Virus record (IMG/VR): IMGVR_UViG_3300042539_000280
Span: 1 to 64,000 of that record
From: a virus
Length of the DNA stretch: 64,000 nucleotides
Strand: one strand, 5' to 3'
Numbering within the stretch: the first letter of the stretch is position 1; each line of letters opens with the position of its first letter. Both the position numbers and the translations under genes were made by a program. Below, piece after piece: positions 17,631 to 26,352 of the stretch. The notes beneath the pieces are model-generated. The model was not told the origin of the DNA. It saw only the letters and a list, made by a program, of their open reading frames with translations, and did no database searches.

Positions 17631-18224
17631 TCACTGTATATGTTTCATTATATTATTATTTTCGAGCATTGTCAATAGATCACTGATACCATCTTTCAGT
17701 TCTTCCATTGTTCCGTTGTTTGTTATTGTAGCATCAGGAACAATATTGTTCCAAGCCGTTTCTGAGATATGCATCTTGGAACGTTCCTCGAAAGAAGGAT
17801 CTTCGCCTCTTTTGACACGAAGAATGATGCCGCCGGCACTCCGCACAAAATCAATTTCGTTAGGAAAGCGAACGTCGGAGATAACCACATCATCATATCC
17901 CTGAATACGTTTCTCCAAGGCCGCAATCCAGATGTTATCTGCAATTCCGTGCCTACAGGATTCGGTACCCATTTTCTGTAGAATAAGGCGAGGTGTTACC
18001 TCATAACCCAACTTGTTAGACCACCAGGGATCCACTCTCTCACGGAAGGCCCGTGAGGCATTACTATCACCTTCTAAAAGTCCACGAGGCCACATAAAGA
18101 TTGTGGACGTGGCATCTTTCAGAGCATCAGCAAAAGCAAACTTGGTGTATTGGTGATCTCTCACCAATATGTCACCAACGGTGCCCTTGCCGGATCCGAT
18201 AAACCCGACAAGGCCGATAATCAT
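17631..18224 (-). CDS. Deoxynucleoside monophosphate kinase
   Basis: GFIGSGKGT, FADALK, TPRLILQKMGTE, ISDVRFPNE, HISE. Confidence 0.92.
   Translation of the reverse strand: MIIGLVGFIGSGKGTVGDILVRDHQYTKFAFADALKDATSTIFMWPRGLLEGDSNASRAFRERVDPWWSNKLGYEVTPRLILQKMGTESCRHGIADNIWIAALEKRIQGYDDVVISDVRFPNEIDFVRSAGGIILRVKRGEDPSFEERSKMHISETAWNNIVPDATITNNGTMEELKDGISDLLTMLENNNIMKHIQ
17647..17675 (-). promoter_or_regulatory. Sigma70-type promoter for the gp45 operon
   Basis: TTGACA-N17-TATAAT. Confidence 0.8.
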
Positions 18225-19039
18225 CGCAGGTTACCGCTCAATGCTGCTACGGCAGGAAGGTCACCCTGGAATCCGTATGTACCAACGTGAGTTGTTTTCA
18301 TCCATGGGCATAGCCATACCTTGAAACCAATCTCTCTGGCATTCTGACAGAACATATAGTCCTCAGATAGGTAGCGGTGAGATTTTGGATCAATGACAGT
18401 ATCAAAGTAAGCATGAATGTATCTCGAACCATCAAAGTTGGCCTGACCAACGTGGTCTGGCTTATAATGAAGGTGAGGAAACTCCTCAGCATACTTGTCA
18501 AATACTTCACGCTTTACCATCATGAAACCTGTACCAATCTCCATAACCTCGACTGGTTCGGTCACACGGAAGGAGGTGGTGCCTGGAACTGGGTTGAACA
18601 CAAAGTCACCTGTTACACCATCAAGCATACCAGGATTGAAGTCTTTGTTATCGACATTCTTCTTGACGGCATTGACGATGTTATTCCAGTTGATTGACTT
18701 CTTTGGATATGGTCCGCCGATAATGTCTTTATCAAGTGCCAATAGTGCTAGAATATCCTGTGGGTTGAATTGGATATCAGAGTCAATGAATAGTAGGTGA
18801 GTGCAACCAGAACGTAGAAATTCATCCACGAGATAGTTGCGGGCACGGGTGATTAGTGACTCATTGAAGATAAACGAAAAGCGACATTCCATCCCATATT
18901 GGATGCAAGTCGCTTGAAGGTCTAGGCAGGCCTTGGCATAAAGACCGAAACACTGGCCTCCGTAGCAAGGTGTAGCAACAAATAACTTTTTTGTTCTCAA
19001 TTCTTCGGTTGAAATTTTCAATTCCATAATGTTCTCCAT
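18221..19039 (-). CDS. GT-A-like conserved phage protein
   Basis: VATPCYGG, SLITRARN, LLFIDSDI, GTGFMMVKREVF, LSEDYMFC. Confidence 0.7.
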   Translation of the reverse strand: MENIMELKISTEELRTKKLFVATPCYGGQCFGLYAKACLDLQATCIQYGMECRFSFIFNESLITRARNYLVDEFLRSGCTHLLFIDSDIQFNPQDILALLALDKDIIGGPYPKKSINWNNIVNAVKKNVDNKDFNPGMLDGVTGDFVFNPVPGTTSFRVTEPVEVMEIGTGFMMVKREVFDKYAEEFPHLHYKPDHVGQANFDGSRYIHAYFDTVIDPKSHRYLSEDYMFCQNAREIGFKVWLCPWMKTTHVGTYGFQGDLPAVAALSGNLR

Positions 19040-19044
19040 AAACG

Positions 19045-19086
19045 AAAGAGGACGGTGCCTAATATTATATAGGCGCCATCCTCTTT
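19045..19086 (-). terminator. Long stem-loop, probable terminator
   Basis: AAAGAGGAUGGCGCCUA-UAUAAUAU-UAGGCACCGUCCUCUUU. Confidence 0.6.
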
Positions 19087-19106
19087 TATGCTACTAGTTT
19101 AAAATC

Positions 19107-19334
19107 TTAGTAGGTATCTGCAAGGCGATAGAAAGCGGTGCGCTTACCATTTACATTGCGATAGTTGGTGTAAATCTGGTAGTATTCACGCAGATCATGA
19201 ACACGCTTTGAGACTGTCTCATAAGGCACACGAGCCATGTTAGCAATGGCCTGGGCGGTGACGCCTGGCGTAGCCGTGTGGCGGAGTAGGACGTTCTCAA
19301 TCTTCTCAATCTGGGTCTTGCGTGGGGTAGCCAT
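19107..19334 (-). CDS. Small winged-HTH-like DNA-binding protein
   Basis: VTAQAIANMARVPYETVSKRVHDLRE...FYRL; GGAG Shine-Dalgarno before 19334. Confidence 0.65.
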   Translation of the reverse strand: MATPRKTQIEKIENVLLRHTATPGVTAQAIANMARVPYETVSKRVHDLREYYQIYTNYRNVNGKRTAFYRLADTY

Positions 19335-19415
19335 AATATATTTCTCCATTTCAAAGTTATCGGTGTTGGTGGTGATGAAAGGAAAGGACCCGTGTATAAC
19401 CACCAACACCATTTT

Positions 19416-19455
19416 ATTATACACGGGTATTCTTGTTATGTCACGGACTTGTCAA
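19416..19455 (-). promoter_or_regulatory. Sigma70-type promoter with overlapping inverted repeat
   Basis: GTGACA-N17-TATAAT (19444-19416), plus a further TTGACA at 19455-19450. Confidence 0.6.
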
Positions 19456-19479
19456 CCAAGTTCCCGGGACAGGAGCATT

Positions 19480-20685
19480 TCAAAACGCTACTTCTTCCGT
19501 AACGTTAGGGGTCGCCTGTTCCACAGGAGCAACCGGGTCAATAGTTTCATCGACCTTTTTGTATAGTTCCATAAAGGCATTCTTTGTATCCACATCAAAG
19601 CGGTTCAGGCACAATTCAATGGCCTTGACCTTGTTTTCACCAAAGATGGCATATGCCTCGCAGATATGGACGAGACGACGGGTTGAGATAATCTCGGACA
19701 AAGCACCTTCATAGAAGGACTTGCGGATAACATCCGCCCAAGTAACCAACTTATCAACAAAATCGGAGTTGGAGATACCCGAAGAACCAAGGACATTGTT
19801 GAGGATTTTGGACTCAACCTTAGCAGACGGATATTCCTGTTCCATTGTAATGCTGAAACGTTCGAGGAACGCCTCATTCATAACATTGGTACCGATAAAG
19901 CGACCATCATCAGAACCTTTACCCTTGGTATTGGCAGTCGCAATCACATTGAAACCAGGTGCAGGGTGAACCACACGATTAGTCTTTTTGAGATAAACAG
20001 ACTTACCTTCAAGGACAGGCTGGAGGCACATCATCTTATTGGAACCAAGATCGACCTCGTCCAACAGAAGGACAGCACCACGGGTCATGGCCGTGATAAC
20101 AGGACCATCCTGCCACACAGTCTCACCATTAACAAGACGGAAACCACCGATAAGGTCATCTTCGTCCGTTTCAATAGTGATATTGGTACGGACCAATTCA
20201 CGCTTTTCTTGGGCACAAATCTGTTCAACCATCATAGTCTTACCATTTCCAGAAAGACCAGTGATGTAAGCAGGATAAAACTTACGAGACTTGATAATAG
20301 AGCGGACATCAGCAAAGTTTCCAAACGGAACATAGCCAGTAGCCTTTTCAGGAACGAGTGACAATTCAGCATTATGCGAAAGGACAGACGGAGCGACCAT
20401 CGCAACAGCAACGGCGGACTCTTTAGGTGCCAAATCAGGAAAAGGTTTCATAACGGCACGTTTTGCATCTTGAACCTTAGCGGCAGGTGTAGAACCGTTT
20501 TCGATCAGAGCATAAACACCACGACCAATACGACGAGAAACGTCATTCAAGATCCAGTTAGGACGGTCGAGATTATACTTTTCGCAAATCTCAAGGACCT
20601 GAGGACGGGTAATTTCACGAATAGCACCAAACTCGAAACGAACCTTATCAAGGAACTCGCTGCGGTCAATACGCTTAGTCATCAT
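19480..20685 (-). CDS. MoxR/CobS-like AAA+ ATPase
   Basis: GLSGNGKT, ETDEDDLIGG, LLLDEVD, ATANTKGKG, NEAFLERF, ISTRRL. Confidence 0.9.
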   Translation of the reverse strand: MMTKRIDRSEFLDKVRFEFGAIREITRPQVLEICEKYNLDRPNWILNDVSRRIGRGVYALIENGSTPAAKVQDAKRAVMKPFPDLAPKESAVAVAMVAPSVLSHNAELSLVPEKATGYVPFGNFADVRSIIKSRKFYPAYITGLSGNGKTMMVEQICAQEKRELVRTNITIETDEDDLIGGFRLVNGETVWQDGPVITAMTRGAVLLLDEVDLGSNKMMCLQPVLEGKSVYLKKTNRVVHPAPGFNVIATANTKGKGSDDGRFIGTNVMNEAFLERFSITMEQEYPSAKVESKILNNVLGSSGISNSDFVDKLVTWADVIRKSFYEGALSEIISTRRLVHICEAYAIFGENKVKAIELCLNRFDVDTKNAFMELYKKVDETIDPVAPVEQATPNVTEEVAF

Positions 20686-20715
20686 CTTTCCTTTCACAAT
20701 CATCATTATATACGG

Positions 20716-20753
20716 AGTATAGCATACGGAGGGTCACTTGTCAACCCTCCGTA
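20716..20753 (-). promoter_or_regulatory. Sigma70 promoter embedded in a 10-bp inverted repeat
   Basis: TTGACA-N17-TATACT; TACGGAGGGT/ACCCTCCGTA arms flank the -35 box. Confidence 0.75.
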
Positions 20754-20764
20754 AGTCATTGATT

Positions 20765-22948
20765 TTACGCAACCTTCTTGGACTGGCCGGCAATCCGTTC
20801 CACAAACTGGCGGAGAAGGACACGATTTACGGATTTCTTAGCGGCAAACTTGGAGAATGCCGAAGCCATCTTTTTGACCGTCATCTTCTTATCACCAGTA
20901 TTGTCGATGGCCAGATCATTGGTTGTATCCTTCATGGACGGTGTATCGATGATGTAGTATTCATCATACCCGGCACTCTTGACAGGATAGAACTTGTTAG
21001 ACGACCAGAACTTACGGGCCTTTTCATATGCCTCAGGATTACCACTCGACACATTAAAGTCACGATCAACAATCTTAAAGTTGGAACGCTCATACAAGAA
21101 GAAACCAACCAGATTGCAACCGGTGCTATCTTTCAGGATACGCAGCAACGTATTGGTGTTGTCACGAGTCTGACTCCAGTTATAGGGATACCAGTCATAC
21201 GTTTTATTCGTATTAGGATCCACATAGAAGTACCGATTATTCTGACCACGAACAGCGGTACGAGGAGTGGTATCGTTTTCAACACCAGCAGAACCGTTGG
21301 ACTCACCGTCGGTGAGGAAGATGACGTTAGTGATTTCCAGTTTGTTGCGGACAGTAAAGTCACGAACAACCTTAGGAGCAATCATAATGGCATCATTCAA
21401 CGGCGTGCCACCCATACCATCAGAATTGATATGGTAATGACAACCAGCGGCCCAGAGGACACCCATTGCAAAATTCATTTCCTCTGTATTCATACGGGAG
21501 GAAAGAAAGTTACGCAGGACGACACGTTCACCACGGATAACATTCGTCTTACCAATGTAAGAGAACGGAGAATCCGCACCGTAATCCTTGAAAGCATAAA
21601 GTTCGAATGGAACACCGATTTGCTTACAAAACAAGGCAAGCGAAAAGGTTTGCTTCAAAGTTTCCAGCAGATTGTAATGCATTGAACCAGACCAGTCAAT
21701 GAACATCACAAACCCGTGGTTCTTACCCTTAGGGATAGTGGTCAAACGACGGAAGATATCGTCATTATACTTGTAAGTATGGAGTTTATTCGTATCGATA
21801 ACTCCAGTCTTGGCAATATTCTGACGGGCATAAAGTTCGGCAGCCTTACGCTGTTCAAACTCTTTTACCATGAAGGAGATAGACTCACGTTCTTTCACCT
21901 TCCATTCCATCATCGCCTTGCGGGCGTTGGCATAGTCTGATGCCTGAAGGCCACGGTTCCAACGATCCTGCATTTTACCAGCAAGTTCATCTTTCCAATC
22001 AGCAATGACTTTTTTGAAGTCATGGATCGCCTTGTCCCAGTTAACAGTCGGCAGAGAAAGGTAAACGAAATTTACGTTTTCGTTTTTGACAATGCTTTCC
22101 GACTTTTTCTGCCAAGTATCGTCCGTTTCAGAACGAGGAGCAAGAGGACCTTCCTGGGAAGGACCAGCACCTTTACCGTAACCGGACTGGCCGCTTACAT
22201 CACCTTCACCCGGACGGGCACCTTGACTGCGGCCGTTCGGATCGCCGTCACCATCTTCGTCACCAAAATCAAATTCATCACCGTCAATGTCAGCATCGCC
22301 TTCTCCTTCACCAATTGAGAGAGTCATTTCCATTTCATTCATTTCTTCCAGTTTCTTCTTACAGTAGATATAGATTTCTTCTGTAAGAGCAACTACCTCG
22401 TCCCAAGTCTCGGCATTCTCAACTTTCTTGAGCATGACCTTTTCTTCGGGTGAGAAAGTAAGATTTGAATGAATGTTACCACCCTTGAAATACATATTCA
22501 AGCGGTCGATAAAGTTCATAGCATTAACGTCACGTTTGGCGGTACCAAAGAAGTCACGATCAACCAGTTCCTTATAACCAAGGAGATAGTTTTTGCGAGA
22601 ACCAGGATAACGACGCTTTTGACGCTTATCGATACGGGCATCCTCAATAACATTCAAGAAGCCTTGAACGGTACGACGAAGTTGTTCCGTAACAGTTTCA
22701 CCAGGGAAGATTTTAGCAGCAAGGTCATCGGCAGTCTGCTTATAGACCTCGGCTTCGGGAGTATCAAGGGCATGACCAGTCTCATGGACTAGCAACAAAT
22801 CTTCAAGGTCGTTTGAAATGCCTTGCCAAATCGGCAACATAAGAACACGGTTCTTGAGGTCGAACATAGCCGTTTTAAGGGCAGGGTTCTTTTGAATAGT
22901 AATGTTTTCCGTGGCAAGCAATTTTGCGAGAAGCGACTTATCCGACAT
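20765..22948 (-). CDS. HExxH metallopeptidase-like + vWA domain protein (partner of the MoxR AAA)
   Basis: HETGHAL, NVIEDARI, acidic linker, MIDAS IDWSGSM, GGTPL, FLTDGE. Confidence 0.85.
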   Translation of the reverse strand: MSDKSLLAKLLATENITIQKNPALKTAMFDLKNRVLMLPIWQGISNDLEDLLLVHETGHALDTPEAEVYKQTADDLAAKIFPGETVTEQLRRTVQGFLNVIEDARIDKRQKRRYPGSRKNYLLGYKELVDRDFFGTAKRDVNAMNFIDRLNMYFKGGNIHSNLTFSPEEKVMLKKVENAETWDEVVALTEEIYIYCKKKLEEMNEMEMTLSIGEGEGDADIDGDEFDFGDEDGDGDPNGRSQGARPGEGDVSGQSGYGKGAGPSQEGPLAPRSETDDTWQKKSESIVKNENVNFVYLSLPTVNWDKAIHDFKKVIADWKDELAGKMQDRWNRGLQASDYANARKAMMEWKVKERESISFMVKEFEQRKAAELYARQNIAKTGVIDTNKLHTYKYNDDIFRRLTTIPKGKNHGFVMFIDWSGSMHYNLLETLKQTFSLALFCKQIGVPFELYAFKDYGADSPFSYIGKTNVIRGERVVLRNFLSSRMNTEEMNFAMGVLWAAGCHYHINSDGMGGTPLNDAIMIAPKVVRDFTVRNKLEITNVIFLTDGESNGSAGVENDTTPRTAVRGQNNRYFYVDPNTNKTYDWYPYNWSQTRDNTNTLLRILKDSTGCNLVGFFLYERSNFKIVDRDFNVSSGNPEAYEKARKFWSSNKFYPVKSAGYDEYYIIDTPSMKDTTNDLAIDNTGDKKMTVKKMASAFSKFAAKKSVNRVLLRQFVERIAGQSKKVA

Positions 22949-22974
22949 ACATCAATCCTTTCCTGATTTTCAGT

Positions 22975-23003
22975 ATTATAGCAAATCGCTTCTCACTTGT
23001 CAA
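22975..23003 (-). promoter_or_regulatory. Consensus sigma70 (early) promoter
   Basis: TTGACA-N17-TATAAT. Confidence 0.85.
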
Positions 23004-23023
23004 GTTCGTTTAGGATCAATCAC

Positions 23024-23158
23024 TTATCGAAAGCGATTGTAAACCCATGATACGGAAAAAATTAGAATGTAGACACCGGCGACCATAACAACGGCATTCA
23101 AAAGTTCCATCTTATGTTCGAGTCCATCAAAGTCAAAGTATGTCGGTGTATATTTCAT
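23024..23158 (-). CDS. Small membrane protein (44 aa; not in ORF track)
   Basis: MKYTPTYFDF...LLNAVVMVAGVYILIFSVSWVY; ATGA overlap. Confidence 0.45.
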   Translation of the reverse strand: MKYTPTYFDFDGLEHKMELLNAVVMVAGVYILIFSVSWVYNRFR

Positions 23159-24174
23159 AACTTGATTACCTTTTTCTTGTTCAATTCGGACACTTTTTGT
23201 GGCAAAGCACCTTCGATTCGATATGCCTTTAGAGAAGGATTCTTTTTCTTCCAGTTAGCATATGCATCAAAGATACCAAACACTTCTTCGAAACCTTCCA
23301 CAGAACCATGTCGAAGATCATCGATATCTACCTGACCATGAGGCATCTTTGTGTGAATAGTCACATAAGAGGTATTACCTGTTTCAGCAAGTTTCTTTAG
23401 AATGTTTAGTGCAGTTTCATGTTCGTAACCTGTCTTACAAGTCCATCCATGTTCGCCACGAGAAAGGTCATAATTGCCTTGTGATGCAATACCAAAACGA
23501 CCTAGGCCTTTCTTGATATCATTGGGTGAATAAAGGACGATGGCATCTTGTGATCCTTCAGCGGCAGCAACTTCATTAGCAATAGCGGTTGCCGTTGCCT
23601 GGCCGATGCGACACACATTCACGATCCAATTAGCAATGGTTGGAATATCGCACTCCAACTCTTTCTTCTCTACTAGATTTCGAGCAGCCTTGAAGATATC
23701 CTTGTTGGTCGATGGAACCTTGGGAAGGTCAACGTTTGAGGACATTGCAAAGTTTGTTCTAGCCTTATCATATGATATATTTTCATCACCAAAAACAGCA
23801 ACATCGAACCAGTATCCAAGACATCCTTTTTCTTTCAATGCTTCAATACGGTTATGACCGTCTACCAACTTAGCATAATAATATTCAACATTACCATTTT
23901 CGTCGATATACTTCTTAGGTGTTGGATGCATTTCAACAACAGGAATACATGCACTAAACCGAACACCTCGTGAAAAAGATTCCACAAGTCTTGCGACAAG
24001 GGCAGGAATCAATCCACCGTCACGGTGATCCGCATTGTTTACAGCATTTGCTTCTAGGTTTTTGAATAGAATCCATTTACGACCTGTATATTTGACACCT
24101 TCAACGATATCAAAAAGATCATTATGGGCAAACAGACCTGAGTCTGTCTTTTCATCGACAGTTATATTCATCAT
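23155..24174 (-). CDS. ParB/Srx-like N-terminal domain protein
   Basis: IPVV...LVDGHNRIEALKE motif. Confidence 0.65.
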   Translation of the reverse strand: MMNITVDEKTDSGLFAHNDLFDIVEGVKYTGRKWILFKNLEANAVNNADHRDGGLIPALVARLVESFSRGVRFSACIPVVEMHPTPKKYIDENGNVEYYYAKLVDGHNRIEALKEKGCLGYWFDVAVFGDENISYDKARTNFAMSSNVDLPKVPSTNKDIFKAARNLVEKKELECDIPTIANWIVNVCRIGQATATAIANEVAAAEGSQDAIVLYSPNDIKKGLGRFGIASQGNYDLSRGEHGWTCKTGYEHETALNILKKLAETGNTSYVTIHTKMPHGQVDIDDLRHGSVEGFEEVFGIFDAYANWKKKNPSLKAYRIEGALPQKVSELNKKKVIKL

Positions 24175-24240
24175 ACTTTCTCCTTTGCCGATCTCAAATA
24201 GATACGGCGATCATGGCCACCAAAATGTGGACCAATCTCT

Positions 24241-25497
24241 TTATCTACCAACTTGTGGCAGGTATTTCGTTTTTGTTTCTTCCCAATCCATATAGATTAG
24301 GTCATCATAGAATAGAGTTTCCTTTGTAAAACGGTCGTTCTCAATCAAGGACTTTACCCGTCTAGCAACATACTTCTCTTTCCATATTCCAACCAGTGCA
24401 TTATAACTGGTATCGAACGCTTTGGCAAGTTTATCTTCGGAGATTTCCTTACGAAGAAACTCATTAGTGTTTGTATATAGTGGACTGAAATAGATACCAC
24501 GAGCATGTTCGGATCTAATCAGTTCCTTGTCGATACCAAGTTGTGAGTAGATAAAAGTATAGGAACGGTTTTTATGATCACGCTTATAAGGCATACCATC
24601 AAGGTTCTTGGCCACATACCATTCAAAATACTTTCTTGTATGGTTCTTCTTCAACCAGTTTAGCATAAGTGCTACAGTAGGTTTTCTTGCCTCATAAGAG
24701 ACAGAGCCTGATGTGTAGCCCATCTTTTTCCAATGTTTGAGATTATCATATTGTGATAAACCGCCAGCCTTATTCTGACCGTATAAAGATGTAGTAGTAA
24801 CGCCAATGAGTGTATCATTATATTGCTCTTTCCAATCTTGCTGAACCTTATCGGTAAGGCACATCAATGCTAGTAGTTTACCACCAAGGTAATTGAAACC
24901 TAGTGGTTGTAGAGGAACGATTGTCGAACCGATTGCGGTATGATTGATCATACCTTGACTGGTCTTGACATCACGGGACCACCCAATGTGGTTATCTCGT
25001 GGAGTTAGATCGAGGAAGTCAGAAGAAATGCAAATTACCCCTAGGTAGTTTCCGGTAACTTCGTCTTGAACGATGTAATTGAGATTGCGGCCGATGTTAT
25101 TGTTGTTCTTCATGGTAGAGGTGAACGTGCGGATTGTGTTCCACTTTTCCGCAAGTTCGGTACCATTTGTGTAGATTAGACGAGGTTCAAGTTTCATATA
25201 GTCCATAGGATCATTAGGAATCCAAATGTTATCTTTCACCTGATCAATATAAATTCGGTCTGCCTCGTTTAGTTCAGCACCAAAAAGGCCGTCAACCAAA
25301 GGATATTTGATATGGATTTCTAACCACTTTTGATAGAGTGTATATTCCTCTACAGTCATTTTGGAGACGTTAGAAAGGTCCTCAGTAACGACGGCCTTTA
25401 GTTCATCATCGGTTAGTGCGTCTGGTGCTTCAAATGTTGCCTGAAAGGCATCCCACTGGCGTTCAACGGATTCAAGTTCTTCATTACTCTTTGCCAC
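24241..25497 (-). CDS. DUF4338/DruA-like protein
   Basis: GRNL, RDNHIGW, VPLQPLGFNYLGGKLLAL, TTTSLYG, SQY, WKKMGYTSG; family recognised from memory. Confidence 0.7.
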   Translation of the reverse strand: MAKSNEELESVERQWDAFQATFEAPDALTDDELKAVVTEDLSNVSKMTVEEYTLYQKWLEIHIKYPLVDGLFGAELNEADRIYIDQVKDNIWIPNDPMDYMKLEPRLIYTNGTELAEKWNTIRTFTSTMKNNNNIGRNLNYIVQDEVTGNYLGVICISSDFLDLTPRDNHIGWSRDVKTSQGMINHTAIGSTIVPLQPLGFNYLGGKLLALMCLTDKVQQDWKEQYNDTLIGVTTTSLYGQNKAGGLSQYDNLKHWKKMGYTSGSVSYEARKPTVALMLNWLKKNHTRKYFEWYVAKNLDGMPYKRDHKNRSYTFIYSQLGIDKELIRSEHARGIYFSPLYTNTNEFLRKEISEDKLAKAFDTSYNALVGIWKEKYVARRVKSLIENDRFTKETLFYDDLIYMDWEETKTKYLPQVGR

Positions 25498-25711
25498 TCA
25501 TTTCTCCATTATGTATAAGTTCAAATGCTTCATCTGGAAATGTTTTGTTGTAAGGCAAACCTTTTAGTGTCACAACGCCAGCGTCAGCAATCATTTTCTC
25601 TATAGTATATATTTCACCATCTAATAGCACTCTATTGACATAAGGAAAACCTGGTCTCACCCTTACAATGTCGCCAGGTTTGAATGTCTCAAAGTTCTTT
25701 CTTACTTCCAT
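25484..25711 (-). CDS. Hypothetical protein (SH3/KOW-like)
   Basis: FKPGDIVRV. Confidence 0.6.
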   Translation of the reverse strand: MEVRKNFETFKPGDIVRVRPGFPYVNRVLLDGEIYTIEKMIADAGVVTLKGLPYNKTFPDEAFELIHNGEMSGKE

Positions 25712-25878
25712 CGATCAGTAATTTCTTTTACACGATCCTGCATATACTGTTCAATAATCTCACGGACGTTATCATACTTTGGATTCTTTCTCACATGATA
25801 GATTTCTTGTGTGTAAGCAAACTTTATAATCTGTTCATGTGAATAGTTGTGAGTCATATGCGGATCAGTTTTTTCCAT
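25702..25878 (-). CDS. Hypothetical protein
   Basis: ORF in a coupled early operon; start uncertain. Confidence 0.55.
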   Translation of the reverse strand: MEKTDPHMTHNYSHEQIIKFAYTQEIYHVRKNPKYDNVREIIEQYMQDRVKEITDRWK

Positions 25879-25972
25879 ACTGCTTACTCCAGACGAAGTT
25901 GTTGGCATTTACAATAAAACGGGCCAAGCAATTCATAAACCAAGAGTTCCAGAACCAGTGATTGTATCTCAT
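25865..25972 (-). CDS. Small Trp-rich hypothetical peptide (35 aa)
   Basis: MRYNHWFWNSWF...; ATGA overlap with upstream gene. Confidence 0.4.
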   Translation of the reverse strand: MRYNHWFWNSWFMNCLARFIVNANNFVWSKQYGKN

Positions 25973-26220
25973 GTGTGTATTACTCCCTTATCGATAAGAC
26001 CAGCAACATAGATGAATGATATCACCAACTGGATAACTATTAGTGACGGTCTGCGCCACATTAGAGAAACGACCAACCATCCTAGATTGCCTGCTAATGA
26101 TAGAAAGACATTCATAGGGTAGATGTTCAAAGAAGTTAGAGCGGCGCCGGCCAATAGAATAAAGGTCGAGGCCCACTCAAAGAAAAACTCAATTTGTTTC
26201 GAGGTTAACATTGACATCAC
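25969..26220 (-). CDS. Small integral membrane protein (about 3 TM)
   Basis: Hydrophobic segments; LNIYPMN motif. Confidence 0.7.
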   Translation of the reverse strand: MMSMLTSKQIEFFFEWASTFILLAGAALTSLNIYPMNVFLSLAGNLGWLVVSLMWRRPSLIVIQLVISFIYVAGLIDKGVIHT

Positions 26221-26299
26221 CCATTTGTGAGAGACCAGTCCAAAGGTTGTCGATGCTATAGGTATAATAACCGTAAGGTGTGTTTACTATGGTGATCAT
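26189..26299 (-). CDS. Small hypothetical peptide (36 aa)
   Basis: AAAGGA Shine-Dalgarno directly after a consensus promoter. Confidence 0.45.
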   Translation of the reverse strand: MITIVNTPYGYYTYSIDNLWTGLSQMGDVNVNLETN

Positions 26300-26323
26300 A
26301 GATATTCCTTTCATTGATGGTTC

Positions 26324-26352
26324 ATTATAGACCATCAGGACTCTTTTGTCAA
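26324..26352 (-). promoter_or_regulatory. Consensus sigma70 (early) promoter
   Basis: TTGACA-N17-TATAAT; the -10 box lies in the loop of a TGATGGT/ACCATCA inverted repeat. Confidence 0.85.

Noticed and set aside
19480-20685. Cobalamin-synthesis gene cobS as an auxiliary metabolic gene
   Set aside because: No CobN or other cob genes; the partner is a peptidase-vWA protein, fitting a generic MoxR module
20738-21685. 315-aa + strand ORF and the other + strand ORFs in the track
   Set aside because: Antisense shadows of well-supported minus-strand genes; no motifs or RBS, and scarcity of TTA/CTA codons in the early genes removes antisense stops
24241-25497. Complete Druantia defence system
   Set aside because: Only a DruA-like gene is present; no DruE helicase or other components
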